Source: Octopus sinensis (lineage: Eukaryota). Taken from it: 64,000 nt of DNA. Numbering within the stretch: the stretch's first letter is position 1; each line of letters opens with the position of its first letter. Shown here piece after piece: positions 37,423-50,324 of the stretch. Under the pieces are notes generated by a model. It was not told the origin of the DNA. It searched no databases and saw nothing but the letters and a program-made list of their open reading frames with translations. Location: contig NC_043001.1 in assembly GCF_006345805.1 (NCBI RefSeq), positions 31,930,001-31,994,000 on the forward strand. Reading direction: 5' to 3'. The position numbers and the translations under genes were made by a program.

Positions 37423-38058
37423 CATATACATACAATAGAAAGTTGTTTTATTTCACTTTTAACACGTAATACCGAAATAGTGGAGAAGATATGATATTGC
37501 TGTTTGAAGGATATTGAAGGATTTTCGAAGGGTAGGTTAGAAGTAGTTAATAATTCTTAGTGCCCCACAAAGCAAATAACAAAACTGATTGATTAGATTA
37601 AATATATAATCTACTACTATTAGGGATTCTCAGAGGGATAGGTTAATGAATAGGTTAATATCTCTATTCTGTACAAGGCGGCGAGCTGATAGAATCGTTA
37701 GCACATTGGGCAAAAGGCTCAGCTGTGATCCGTCTGCCTTTACATTCTAAGCCAAATTCCTCCGAGGTCGACTTTGCCATTCATCATTTCGAGGTCGATA
37801 AAATAAGTACCAGTTGAGTTCTGGCGTCGATGTAATCATGTGCCAAAATCTGAAATCGATATTTCTATGCAGCACATTTTATAGGATAGGTGTATATATA
37901 TATATGTAATCTTTTGGTGGGTCATGTCAAAAATATACAAAGAAATTTTTTGGAACTAGGTTAAATAATAATTGGGAAAAAAACTTTTGGTGATAAGTTA
38001 AACATAAAGAAGTTATAAAGAAAGTTTGGTTGGTGAATTTAAAAATATATTTAATATT

Positions 38059-38219
38059 GGCGCAGGAGTAACTGTGTGCTAAGTAGCTTGCTTACCAACC
38101 TCATGGTTCCGGGTTCAGTCCCACTGCATGGAACCTTTGGCAAGTGTCTTCTACTATAGCCTCGGGCCGACCAAAGCCTTGAGTGGATTTGGTAGACGGA
38201 AACTGAAAGAAGCTCGTCG

Positions 38220-38258
<39 letters not shown>

Positions 38259-38780
38259 CTGTGTTTGTCGCCCCAACATCGCTTGACAACCGATGCTGGT
38301 GTGTTTACGTCCCCGTTACTTAGTGGTTCGACAAAAGAGACCGATAGAATAAGTACCAGGATTACAAAGAATAAGTCCTGGTGTCGATTTGCTCGACTGA
38401 AGGCGGTACTCCAGCATGGCCGCAGTCAAATGACTGAAACAAGTAAAAGAGTATATCTATAAAATTTGGTGTACCACATTAAAGATTCAGTCGAAATTCT
38501 TTTGCAAAAGTAAATGGTACATTAAGTACGTAGGTGCAGGCGTGGCTGTGTGGTAAGAATCTTGCTTCCAAAACACATGGTTCCGGGTCCAATCACGTGG
38601 TACCTTGGACAAGTGTCTTCTACTATAACCTCGGGTCGACCATAGTCTTGTGAATGGATCTGGGAGACGGAAACTGAAAGAAGACCATCGTATACACATA
38701 CACACACACACATTTTTATAAATATAATGTAATACTAGACAGTAAAGTACCTACACATACATATATATGCATATATACGT

Positions 38781-38815
<35 letters not shown>

Positions 38816-38985
38816 GGTGCCTCTGTTTGTCCCTCACCACCGGTGCTGGTGTGTTTATGTCCCTGTAACTTAGCGGTAGGCTAGGGCAAGTACTGGGGCC
38901 GATACATTAGGCTAAAAATTCTTCAAGGGTGTGTCCAAGCATAGCCGCAGTCTAATGACTGAACATTTAAAAGATAAAAGATAGG
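38059..38985 (+). mobile_element. Two consecutive SINE-B copies (38059-38455, 38533-38985)
   Basis: Heads GGCGCAGGAGTAACTGTGTG and GGTGCAGGCGTGGCTGTGTGG; AAAAGA(G/T) tails. Confidence 0.88.
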
Positions 38986-40435
38986 TAAATAAACAGCAAA
39001 TATGCATGTGGAGTAATTGCGGACAATTAGATTACAAATACTATTAAATGTCTGTGATAGGGTTGATCTGGCGAAAATGAAGGTTAAGATTTTTTAGGAG
39101 GAATTTTGGAATTAGGTTAAAAATATATAGTTAATATTTCTGTAGAAGAAGTGTTATGTTCGGTTAAAAATACTGATAATAATTCTATGAAAGAAATTTG
39201 ATAGTTATGTATAAGCATACAAAGAAATTCTGGTGGGTTACATTTAAAAAGTTTATATTTCTGTGAAAGAATATTTGGTTGTAGTTTAAAAATAAAGTTA
39301 ATGTATATGTGAAGTAATTTTTGTGGCATAAGTTGAATATACATTCAGTATTTCTGTTAAAATTACAGTGAATATTTTGTGAAGAAAATTTAATGGAGTT
39401 GATTAAGATCGAGCAAATTTTCGGCATAATTTTAGTAGGTCAGTCAAAATTACGTGGAAGCTTAATAATATATTTCATATTTTATATATTTCAAAAGAGA
39501 TTTAGGTGAGTTACATTTAAATCACAGTTGAGGGAATTTTTATGGTTTAGGTTTAAAATCAGTTAATTAGTTTGTAGGAATTTTTGAGACTTAATTTAAA
39601 CATATTACTATCACTTACTGGTAAATAATTTTTGTGGGAGAAGTTAATATTCTGGTTAATTCTTCTAAAAAGGAACTTTGGTGGGTTAGGTTTAGAATAT
39701 AAATAATATTTCTAAGAAAAAAATTTCGAAAAGTTATGTTAAAAATGTAGTTAATATTTCTATGAAAGCATTTGTATGAGTTTGGTTAATAATGGTCAAT
39801 ATTGGTTAATGGTTAATAAGGTTAATATTTATGTGAATTTGTATTAGTGGATGATGTTAAAAATACAACCAATATACGTATTAAATGGATTTTGGTGGGT
39901 GAAATTTTGGAGTTAGGTTATAATTATAGTTACTATTTTTTTATAGAAAATTTGGTGCATTTTCGTGCAGTAAATTTTTCCATGAAAACATTTTGGTGCA
40001 TTAAGTAAAAAAAAAAATACTGTGAAATTATGTGAAGAAATTCTGATGCGTTATATTAAATACATGGTTAGTATTTCTGTGGTGTTTAGGTTAATAATAT
40101 AATTAATATTGGTGTGAAAGAGGTTTAGTGATTTTTTTAATCAAAAAATTTATATGATTTTAATGAAGGAATTTTGGCATGTCGGGGTAAAAATATTTCA
40201 ACATTTCTTAAAGGAATTATTCTCAGCCAAGTTAAAACTATAGGTAATACTTCTTCGAAGAAATTTTGATAGATTATGTAAAAAATTCTGTGAAGGGATG
40301 TTTGTAAGTTATGTTAAGAATATAGTAAATATTTATGTGGAGGAAGTTTAGCAAGTTTGTTTAGAAAACCTATTAAATATTTATACAAGAAAATTTTAGT
40401 GGGGTTAAGTTGAAAACATAATATTAATAAGTGGT

Positions 40436-40585
40436 GATGTGATTGAAGAACTTGCTTCTTAACCATGAGGTTTCGAGTTCAGTTCCATTACGTGGAACCT
40501 TGAGGAAGTGTCTTCTGCTATTGTTTCGGGCCGATCAAAACCCTGTAAGCGGAGTATCTGATAGGTTGAAACTGAAAGAAGCTCG

Positions 40586-40647
<62 letters not shown>

Positions 40648-40935
40648 TATGTAGTATACATATGTGAGCGCGCACGTGTATGTGTGTCTGTGCGCATGTG
40701 TGTGCACCCTTGTCTTCACATTCTGATTGTTGTAAGTGAGCGTCACCGTCATACAAGTGATGTTCGTTTCGGTTTTCTAATAAACATGCTAGGCTATGGG
40801 GAAATATTACCTTACATGAAAACAGTTGACGGTAGAAAGGCATACGTCCGTAGAAAATCTGCCTTTATAAATTCTGCCTGACCCATGCAAGCATGAAAAA
40901 GTGGACGTTAAACTGATGATGATGAACATGATGAT
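40436..40935 (+). mobile_element. SINE with SINE-B head but different 3' region and (ATG)n tail
   Basis: 5' half like SINE-B (GAAACTGAAAGAAGCTCGTC); 3' end ACCCATGCAAGCATGAAAAAGTGGACGTTAAACTGATGATGATG. Confidence 0.75.
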
Positions 40936-43900
40936 GCTAACGCTGTTTTGTGGGCCAGTTTTTTAAATATAAAAAAATATTTCTGTAAAGAAAGTTTTGT
41001 AGGTTAGGTTAGAAATATAGTTAGTATTCGTTTTGAGCAATTTCTGTAGATTAGATTAAAAGTAGTTATTTTTTGCGAAGAAACTTTTGTAGTTTATTTA
41101 AAATATAGTAAATATTACAATGGAAGAATTTTTGTGTTTGAGGTTTAAATTATTGTTCATACTTTGGAGAAGTATTTTGTTGAAATACAGTCAATATTTC
41201 TGTGAATGGTTTTTTTTTGGATTAGATTGTAAAATTATTTAACATTTTTGTAAAGGAATTTTAGTTTACTAGTTTTAATATTTTTTAATATATTTTCGTA
41301 AAAGAAAATCAGCAGGTTAGATTAGATTTTTAATTAATATTTCTGTAAAAATGTTTTGTGCTAATAGTATCAAATGTATTGATAACGTAATACATGTCTA
41401 CAGAGATATTTTCGTGGATAAGGTTAAAATATAGTTATACATTTTAAAGAAAAATTGGTGGGTTACGTTAAAATTAAATTATTTAAAATTTTATTATTTG
41501 TTGCACTAAATTGAAATTTCGTTTAGTATTTTGGAAACGGAACTTAGTACATATTAAGATCAAACAAAATATTCTATAAAGTAATTATGAGGGGTTAACT
41601 AAAAAAAGTGTAACCCAGTTAGGTTATATTAGGTTAGTATAATTACCGTTTCTGTGAAGGTATTTTAAGGCATTAATTAAAAAAAAAGAATTTTAATGTA
41701 TTTGTTTAGATAATATTTCCGTAACAGTATTTGTTAGGTTAGGTTAAAAATGTAGACAATATTTCTGTATAAAAATATTAGTGGTTTAGGTTAAAAAATA
41801 ATATTAATATTTTTGTGAGGTAGCTTCTGTGAATTGTATTAAATACCTAATATTTTTGTGAAGAAATTTTGGCTGGTAAGTATAATAAAAAAAAAATTGC
41901 TCAAACGGAGTTTTGGTCAGGTCAGTTAAATTTGTATTTACTATTTTTGTGAAGGAGTACTAGTTGTTTAAGTTTAGACTATGGTTAATAATTCTGTGAA
42001 AGGATTTTTGTGCTAGGTAAAATATATAGTTTAAAATTTCTGTTAATAAATTTTTGTGGGTTAGCTTAAAATTTAATTGCAAAATTTTGTAAAGCAATGT
42101 TGGTACTTAGATTAAATTGATAGTTAATATTTTGAGAAATAATATCAATAAGTTAGGTTTAAACTATTGTAAATATTTATTTGAATTAATTTTGATAGCT
42201 AAAGTTAAAAATGCAGTTGAAATTTTATTGAGGTTATTTTTGATGTGTTAACTATAAAAGATTGTGAATATTTTTTTAAGGTACTTTCGTAGGTTTATTT
42301 GTCAAAAATAGTCTATGTGTCTTTGAATGTTAGTTTTCTATGTTATGTTAAATCTATAGTTAAGTTCATCAAAATTTTGTGGGTCAGTTTAAAATTTAGA
42401 AGTAATTATCATGGGTTAGGTTACAGAAATATTATGTATATATATATATATTTAATATTTCTGTAATGGAATTTTGTTAGATTATATAAAAAAATATATC
42501 GATTGTGTCTATAAGCAAATTTTTGTGGGTTACGTTAAGCATACAATTAACTTGTGTGTGAAAATTTTGAGTTATATTAAAAACACATTTAATATTTGTA
42601 TGAATAAAATTTGCTGGTTCAACTAAAAATAATTTTCGTGGGCTAAGTTACAAGTGAAAATAAAGTTTGGTCAGTTAGTTAGAAACTAAGATAATTTTTT
42701 CTATGAAAGATTTTTGATGAGTTAAAAATATTGCAAATATTTTTTTCACTCATCAAGTATTACAAATAATTCTGTGAAGAAATTTTTGTTGCACATTAAA
42801 TACTGAGCTAATATTTTTCTGAAGAAATTTTTGTGAGTTAGGTTAAAGTGAAGGAATAAAGCCTCTATTTCTGTGGAAGCATTAAATGGGATTTTTCGTT
42901 GGCTAGTTTATAGATAAGTCATGTGAGGAAAAATAAGAATGAGAGAAAAGGTGAAACAGAGAAGAGTAAATATGGAAAACACCTAAAATGAAATAATGTC
43001 ACTTATTTGAGGATTTGTGTAGTTTTAATTGGATGAAGGTAGTGTTTCTCACTTGTATAATGGGTATTTGTCGAGATATCTGCATTTTACAAATATCTCT
43101 GCTCTAGTGTTTAAACAGAGTTGTAAAGTTCTCTCCCGCTTTTTTCAGCTATATAGATTTAGAATCTTTCTATGATTTTTCCACTTAATGCCTAGTCCAA
43201 AATGGTTTCTTAGACAATTTTGTCTGCTTCTCATCTATTTGTGTAAAAGAGGATGTGTAATTATTAGCTCTTTGATTAAACTTGATTTTTGTTGCATCTA
43301 GGTAAGGTTTTATAGAAGTGACCTCTTCAAAAGTTATGTCGTAAAGTTGACCTAGATCTTATTTATAAAGAAGGTGGAAGGTGACTGGGCGTCTGGTTAA
43401 GTTCTTTAAGCTCGGTTTTTAATAATTGTCGATTTTGCATTTCACTTCTGGATTTGATAAAATACATGTCAGCCATATTCTAAGAAACCATTTGCATTAA
43501 TCAACTAGTTCCTCGTTCCCGGCTCAGTTACAAAAATAAGGTATTTACATCATAATTCTACCCGTCCTTCCATCCTGGAAGAACAGAGGATTGCTAAAAA
43601 TTGTGAAACTGAGTGACAACGACTGTCAGGATTTAAGTCTATTTCCTATAAATTGAAAGTTCGAATTCCATGTGTTGTCAAATATAACTCCTTTATCTCC
43701 CGAAATTATTTGTTATTTAACTCCCACTTCAACACTTGTCAAATCGACATCAGTCACGAAACATTCCCTCTGTTATTATCATGTTATATTTATTAAGAAT
43801 TACTTCATCTAATAGATATTTCATTCTAAAACTTTTCGAATATTATTTGAAGGATATTTCTCCACAATTTTAACCATGCAGCTATGCTCCCTCGTAATGT

Positions 43901-45601
43901 GGTAAGTCGCCCTAAGTTTATAAATCATGACAAAAGTTTAGGTTCGTTACGAAGAAAGTGCTGTGGGGCAGAAGCAAATGACTAGCAAACGGGGTCAGTG
44001 ATATTCTCTTGTGAGCATTAAGCCTTAATTTCTGTTTCGTTACATCATGATTTCGGAAAAACCTGAAAGTCACAGGCGCTTTTATTCTTTGTACGTCAAG
44101 TTCTGGAAACCACTGTAAAATTGGGTGGGGTATTTCAGGTGGTACATTGGTCTAGGGTCTGAAGTACCCAGAAAGAGCCCGTTACTATCTGCCTGGTCCT
44201 CACCTAAAAAAAAACTCATCACACCTCCAATTCACTTTCAAGAGGACCTCGCATGCCATTGCCTTAAAGGAATCTTGATCTACCTTGCCAAATTTCTCTC
44301 GGAAGACCTCAGTCCTGGTGGCCATGTTGATTAGGGTTTGCACATGATGGGGTAAAACGTCGGTATTTGCGCACTCCAAATGTCTCTGCTTTCTTCTTCA
44401 TCTTGTTGTGTTGTTGTTGTTGTTGTTCTTCTTCTTCTTCTTCTTCTTCTTCGTCGTCGTCATCATTATCATCATTTTGTTGTTTTTGTTCTTCTAGTGT
44501 ATGAACATACACACGCACGCCCAAGTATCCCATCCCCCCAACCACACATTGAGATAACACAGATATAATAACCAGCAGACAACAAAGTACCTTCTATGAC
44601 GTTGCTCGACCTGCTATAAAACAAAACAAAAAAAACCCGCGAAATTAATAAAATCACCCCTCAAAATTTACAATCCATCACCTTAGAAACAGAAAGGTCA
44701 CAATGGACAATGCAAAGGTTGGGGGTACGGTGGGGTGTGGGGGCAGAAATAAATAGTTATGGTTAGTATGCATTTGTTCATAACTCTTGCTCAACGTATA
44801 CACATTCGCTTTCACATATTCACATGACGTACATATGTACATGACGTATATATCTAAACTTGTTCATGAGTTCTTGGTTTCTTGGCTTCTGGTTATGTCG
44901 TCTTTTTTTTATATATATATTACATCATACATTGTTATTGTGTGATTGTCCTTCAGCGGGATTCTAATTCCGGTGAGAATAATACTAGTTTAGCAGTTTC
45001 TTGTTTATGGAGGCTTTCTTGCACGTATACCGATCACTGATGTCTTTTATATTTTTTATCGTTTCGTTTATCTTTCATCTTTGGATCCAGTTATTAGACT
45101 GCGGCCATGCTGGGGCATCACCTTGAAAGACGTTTTAGCTGAATAAAATCGACCAGAGTACTTGTTTCCTTTTTAGGGCCTTGTGCTTATTCTTTTGCCG
45201 AACAGCTAAGTTACGGGGAGGTAAAGACACCAAAACCAGTTGTCAAGCAGTAGTGGTGGTGGTGGCAAACAAAGACACAGAGACACTCACACACATACAT
45301 ACACATCCGCACTCACGTACAAACACACACATATATATGAGAAGGCGCGTGGCCAAATGGTTAGGCTGTTGCACTCACGATTGCGAGATCGTAAGTTCAA
45401 TTCCCTTACCGGGTAGTGCGTTGTATTCTTGAGAAAAACACTTGATTTCATATTGCTCCAGCATCTCTTTCGATCCGGGTGGGGAATGCTGGCCTGCTCG
45501 CCTAGCCAGCGGAGTAGCGTCATTCGAAGACTAAAAGGATGCACAGCGCATTGTGACCAGCGATTTGTAGTAATATCTGAGAGTATGGCCGGCCAAATGA
45601 T

Positions 45602-45634
<33 letters not shown>

Positions 45635-45635
45635 T

Positions 45636-45664
<29 letters not shown>

Positions 45665-45666
<2 letters not shown>

Positions 45667-45789
45667 GAAAAGATCGTTAATTTAAAAATAAAATAACGAT
45701 TTTATGAAGTGGTCAGCACTGAAAAAATAACCTTCAAAGGTAATAATTATTAAAATTATAAATTAGGGTATCTCGTAGATATCCTAATT

Positions 45790-45799
<10 letters not shown>
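45665..45799. mobile_element. Short element ending in a 49-bp hairpin, between (TA)n tracts
   Basis: TAAAATTATAAATTAGGGTATCT-CGT-AGATATCCTAATTTATAATTTTA at 45751-45799. Confidence 0.75.
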
Positions 45800-45821
<22 letters not shown>

Positions 45822-45827
45822 GACACT

Positions 45828-45861
<34 letters not shown>

Positions 45862-45930
45862 AAGAATGAAGGAGTAATACATATATATATATATATATAG
45901 TAAGGAAAACACAACCCTACCATTTATTGA

Positions 45931-45978
<48 letters not shown>

Positions 45979-46074
45979 CACACACACACACTCACACACA
46001 CACGCATATATACACACGCATATATATATATATATATAATATATATATATATATACATATATGTATTACTCCTT

Positions 46075-46500
46075 TATTCTTTTACTTGTTTCAGTCATTT
46101 GACTTCGACCATGCTGGAGCACCGCCTTTAATCTAATAAATTGACCCCAGGACTTATTCTTTGTAAGCCTAGTACTTATTATATTATATATTCTCTTTTG
46201 CCGAACCGCTTAAGTTATGGGGGCATAAACACACCAACATCGGTTATCAAGCCGATGGGAGGGGGGGACAAACATAGACACACAAATACCCACAAACACA
46301 TAATTAATTGAAAAAAAACGGGGAAAAAACATAAAAAAACAACAATGCGAGAACGTGGTACATGCAAATTATTAACAACGCTCAGGGAAATTCGTCTACC
46401 AGATCCACTGACAAAGCTTTGGTCGGCTCGAGGCTATAGTAGAAGACATTTGCTCAAGGTGCCATGCAGTGGGACTGAACCCGGAACCATGTGGTTAGGA
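46075..46500 (-). mobile_element. Degenerate SINE-B pieces
   Basis: CCATGCTGGAGCACCGCCTTTAAT and GGGACTGAACCCGGAACCATGTGG motifs. Confidence 0.8.
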
Positions 46501-46819
46501 AAGATAACATCCAGAGGCACTCCGAATAGAATACACTTAGTAGGGCTCAAAATATTCAAACTTAGACTCCAATGTCTTTACAGGGGATCATTCCACAAGG
46601 TAATGAAAGGCTATAAGAGGGATCAAATTGACCGGGTATAGAGGCAATTATGCAGATATACAAATTAAATACATATTATCCGCATAATTGCTTTGATCAT
46701 TCTGATATATATATATGTATATATGTTGTTATATTTCGAAATGGTCATTTTGCCAGTTTAGCCATATGCATATGTATATATATATTATATATATATATAT
46801 AATATATATATATATTATA

Positions 46820-47011
46820 TAACAGAAGGGTAAAATTTATCAATTAAATTAGTTAATTAATTAATCAATTAATTAACAATTTCACCAAGTAAATCAGTAT
46901 GTTAAAATAACCATTATTGGTAAAATTATCCACATAATTATAATTAGGGTTCAGCTACCTGCTTGACCACTTATGTAGTGAAGCAGTTAGCTGAGCCCTA
47001 ATTATAATTAT
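46820..47011. mobile_element. Short element ending in a 78-bp hairpin, between (TA)n tracts
   Basis: Arms ATAATTATAATTAGGGTTCAGCTA (46934-57) and TAGCTGAGCCCTAATTATAATTAT (46988-47011), plus an inner CTGCTT/AAGCAG stem. Confidence 0.8.
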
Positions 47012-47044
<33 letters not shown>

Positions 47045-47181
47045 CATACATATATATACATATATATATACATATATATACACATATATATATATACATA
47101 TATATATATACATATATATAATATACATATATATAACATATATATATATACATATATATATATACATATATATATATACAC

Positions 47182-47212
<31 letters not shown>

Positions 47213-47305
47213 GACATATATATATACATATGCATATATATATATATATATATATATTACATATATATATACATATATATATATACATATATATATATAT
47301 ATTAC

Positions 47306-47371
<66 letters not shown>

Positions 47372-47382
47372 CTCTTTCTCTC

Positions 47383-47829
47383 TCTTTTTACTCTTTTACT
47401 TGTTTCAGTCAGTTGACTGCGGCCATGCTGGAGCACCGCCTTTAATCGAGCAAATCGACCCCGGAACTTATTCTTTTTGTAAGCCCAGTACTTATTCTAT
47501 CGGTCTCTTTTGCCGAACCGCTAAGTAACAGGGACATAAACACACCAGCATCGGTTGTCAAGCAACGCTAGAGAGACAAACACAGACACACAAACACACA
47601 CACATACATATACATATATATACATATATACGACTGGCTTCTTTCAGTTTCCGTCTACCAAATCCACTCACAAGGCTTTGGTCGGCCCGAGGCTATAGCA
47701 GAAGACACTCGCCCAAGGTGCCACGCAGTGGGACTGAACCCGGAACCATGTGGGTGGTAGACAAGCTACTTACCACACAGCCACTCCTGCGCCTATAGCC
47801 ACTCCTGCGCCTATATATATACATATACA

Positions 47830-47861
<32 letters not shown>

Positions 47862-47898
47862 CATATACATATATTATATACATATATATATAATATAT

Positions 47899-47930
<32 letters not shown>

Positions 47931-48165
47931 GATATATATATATATACATATATACATACAAAATTGCATGTGTATGTACATATATATATATATATATATA
48001 CGACGGCGGGCTTCTTTCAGTTTCTGTCTACCAAATCAATTCACAAGGCCTTGGTCGGCCCTAGGCTATATCAGGAGACACTTGGTCAAGGTGTCACACA
48101 GTGGGGCTGAACCCGGAACCACATCGTAAGGAAACAAAACTCTTTCTACACAGCCACGTCTGTGC
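47383..48165 (-). mobile_element. Full SINE-B (47383-47811, with an 18-bp duplication at its 5' end) plus a second head (48000-48165)
   Basis: Complete SINE-B motifs; GCCACTCCTGCGCCTATA appears twice in tandem. Confidence 0.9.
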
Positions 48166-49139
48166 CCGTGTGCGATCTTATGTACTAAAGATACGACTTC
48201 TAATTCGGATTAAGCTGTGACATCGGTTAGTACAGTGGCTTGCATAGCTCTTACGGTTTACAACAGATGCAATGTTCGAATCACACACTTTGCAGTGTCA
48301 ACTTTTCTGGGGGTTTTTTCTGTATTGGGCATACGCACATATATGCATACAAGCACATACATTACACATACATATTAAATACATATGTATATAGTTAGTT
48401 TTTACACACGTACATGATACTACAATTATCTTTATTACGTATACACGAAATGTGCGCCCACGAAACCTCTACGGAGACGCTAGAAACAACAGCCGAATCT
48501 CTCTTTAATTACATACGACCGTCATCTAATTAAAAATATAGAAATGGAAATCCATTCATTAAAGTAATTATGCACGAACTCCAACCTAAAAAAAAAAAAC
48601 CCAAAACAAAAGAAAAAAAACAAAACAAAACAAAAACAAAACAGGCGGGATGGTCATTGTTGGGTAGTCTTTGATCATAGGTCTACCTCGACGAAGACTC
48701 ATCTGGGATTAAACAACAAAAACAACTGCAACGACGGCGGCGACAACCTTCAGAGACACACACAAGAGCAAACTCGAACACACATACACACAGCAAACGC
48801 AATCTCTCTCCTACACTTGTGTTGTTTCACTGACGTGCACAAGTCTTTCTTTTATATCACTCCCACTCTTCATTTCTATACACTCTCCCCCGCACTGACC
48901 TCCCTCTCTCTCTCTCTCTCTCTTTCTCTTTAGCTTTCTCTCTCTTAGATTACGTCAGTTACACGTATGTTGTATGGTAACAGACCTTCAAAGTTTTTGG
49001 TTTTACTTATTTTTCAGCTGATATTTATATTCAGTTAACCACGTATTAATTTATGTTTGTCTGTCTGCCTGCATATCTATCTTCTAGCCTGCCTGCCTGC
49101 TTGTCTGTCTGTCTTCCTGTCTACCTGGTTGTCTGGTTT

Positions 49140-49218
<79 letters not shown>

Positions 49219-49219
49219 A

Positions 49220-49265
<46 letters not shown>

Positions 49266-49469
49266 ATATCTACCTACCTACCTAAACAAAATAACTATCT
49301 ATCTATCTATCTATCTCTATCTGCTTGTCTGTCTGCCTGCTGCCTGCCTGTCTGTCTGTCTGTCTATTTATCTATCTCTCTATCTATGCGTCCATCCATC
49401 CATCTATGTATGTATGTATGTATGTATGTATGTATGTATGTATCTATCTATCCGTCTATCTATCTATCC

Positions 49470-49520
<51 letters not shown>

Positions 49521-49522
49521 GG

Positions 49523-49567
<45 letters not shown>

Positions 49568-49612
49568 ATCTATCTATCTATCTATCGGTCTATCTATCTA
49601 TCTATCTATCGG

Positions 49613-49671
<59 letters not shown>

Positions 49672-49680
49672 GTCTATCTA
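49140..49680. repeat. Compound (CT)n/(TA)n/(CTGT)n/(TATG)n/(CTAT)n microsatellite
   Basis: Direct inspection; it generates the spurious 239-aa and 235-aa ORFs. Confidence 0.95.
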
Positions 49681-50111
49681 TTCATTGCATTCTTCGTGTT
49701 TGTCTATCAATCTCCGTCTCACCTCATTCCTCCCCTCCGCCTCCTCCTCTCACCAACGCTCTAATTAATTAACAAATTAACTACTTATTAAGAAGAACAC
49801 AAAACCAAAACCAAAACCAATTCCTTTCTTTCTGGCCTCCTTTTATCTCTTTCTTCCATTGTTCAGTCGGAAAACTGTTACTTACTGACTGGGAGTCTCT
49901 CACACACAACCTCTCATACACACTCTGTCTCTCCCACTCTTTATCTCTTACTCTGTCTGTCTCTCTTACTCTTTCTCTGCTCCTCTCTCCGCTCTCACAC
50001 ACACACATATACACACATGCAGATTTATTTATATGCATATACATTAATCACTTTTTGTTATCCTCTCTGTCACTACCATAGCATATGTGTGTATATATAT
50101 ATATATATATG

Positions 50112-50149
<38 letters not shown>

Positions 50150-50282
50150 TGTGTGTGTGTGTATGTGTGTGTCTGCTTTTAATGCACTGTTCTGCCTACC
50201 TTTAAATATATCGATCTACCTATCTATCTAAAATGTCTTTTCTCTCAATATCCATCGCTTTCTCCTTCAACCAATCACACTT

Positions 50283-50324
<42 letters not shown>

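Larger units (their letters stand above)
32575..42870. repeat. Degenerate ~45-48-bp satellite in blocks (32575-32810, 34055-34130, 35180-36355, 37890-38055, 39085-40430, 40960-42870)
   Basis: Approximate consensus GAATTTTGGTGGGTTAGGTTAAAAATATAGTTAATATTTCTGTGAAG. For example TATTTCTG recurs at 36263 and 36311. The blocks are interrupted by SINEs and RTE fragments. Confidence 0.85.

Noticed and set aside
32575-42870. Regularly spaced repeats considered as a CRISPR-like array or a true interstitial telomere
   Set aside because: Units are contiguous and degenerate with no unique spacers, the context is eukaryotic and there are no cas genes. There are no runs of perfect (TTAGGG)n or (TTAGG)n.
43882-43901. 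20-nt candidate microexon (CATGCAG|...GTG|GTAAGT)
   Set aside because: It is not a multiple of three, the branch-like motif is too close to the AG, and such sites are expected by chance in 64 kb.
44090-44340. Open minus-strand frame MATRTEVFREKFGKV...LKVNWRCD, possibly a Tx1/L1 C-terminus
   Set aside because: There is no diagnostic motif, so it cannot be assigned without a search.
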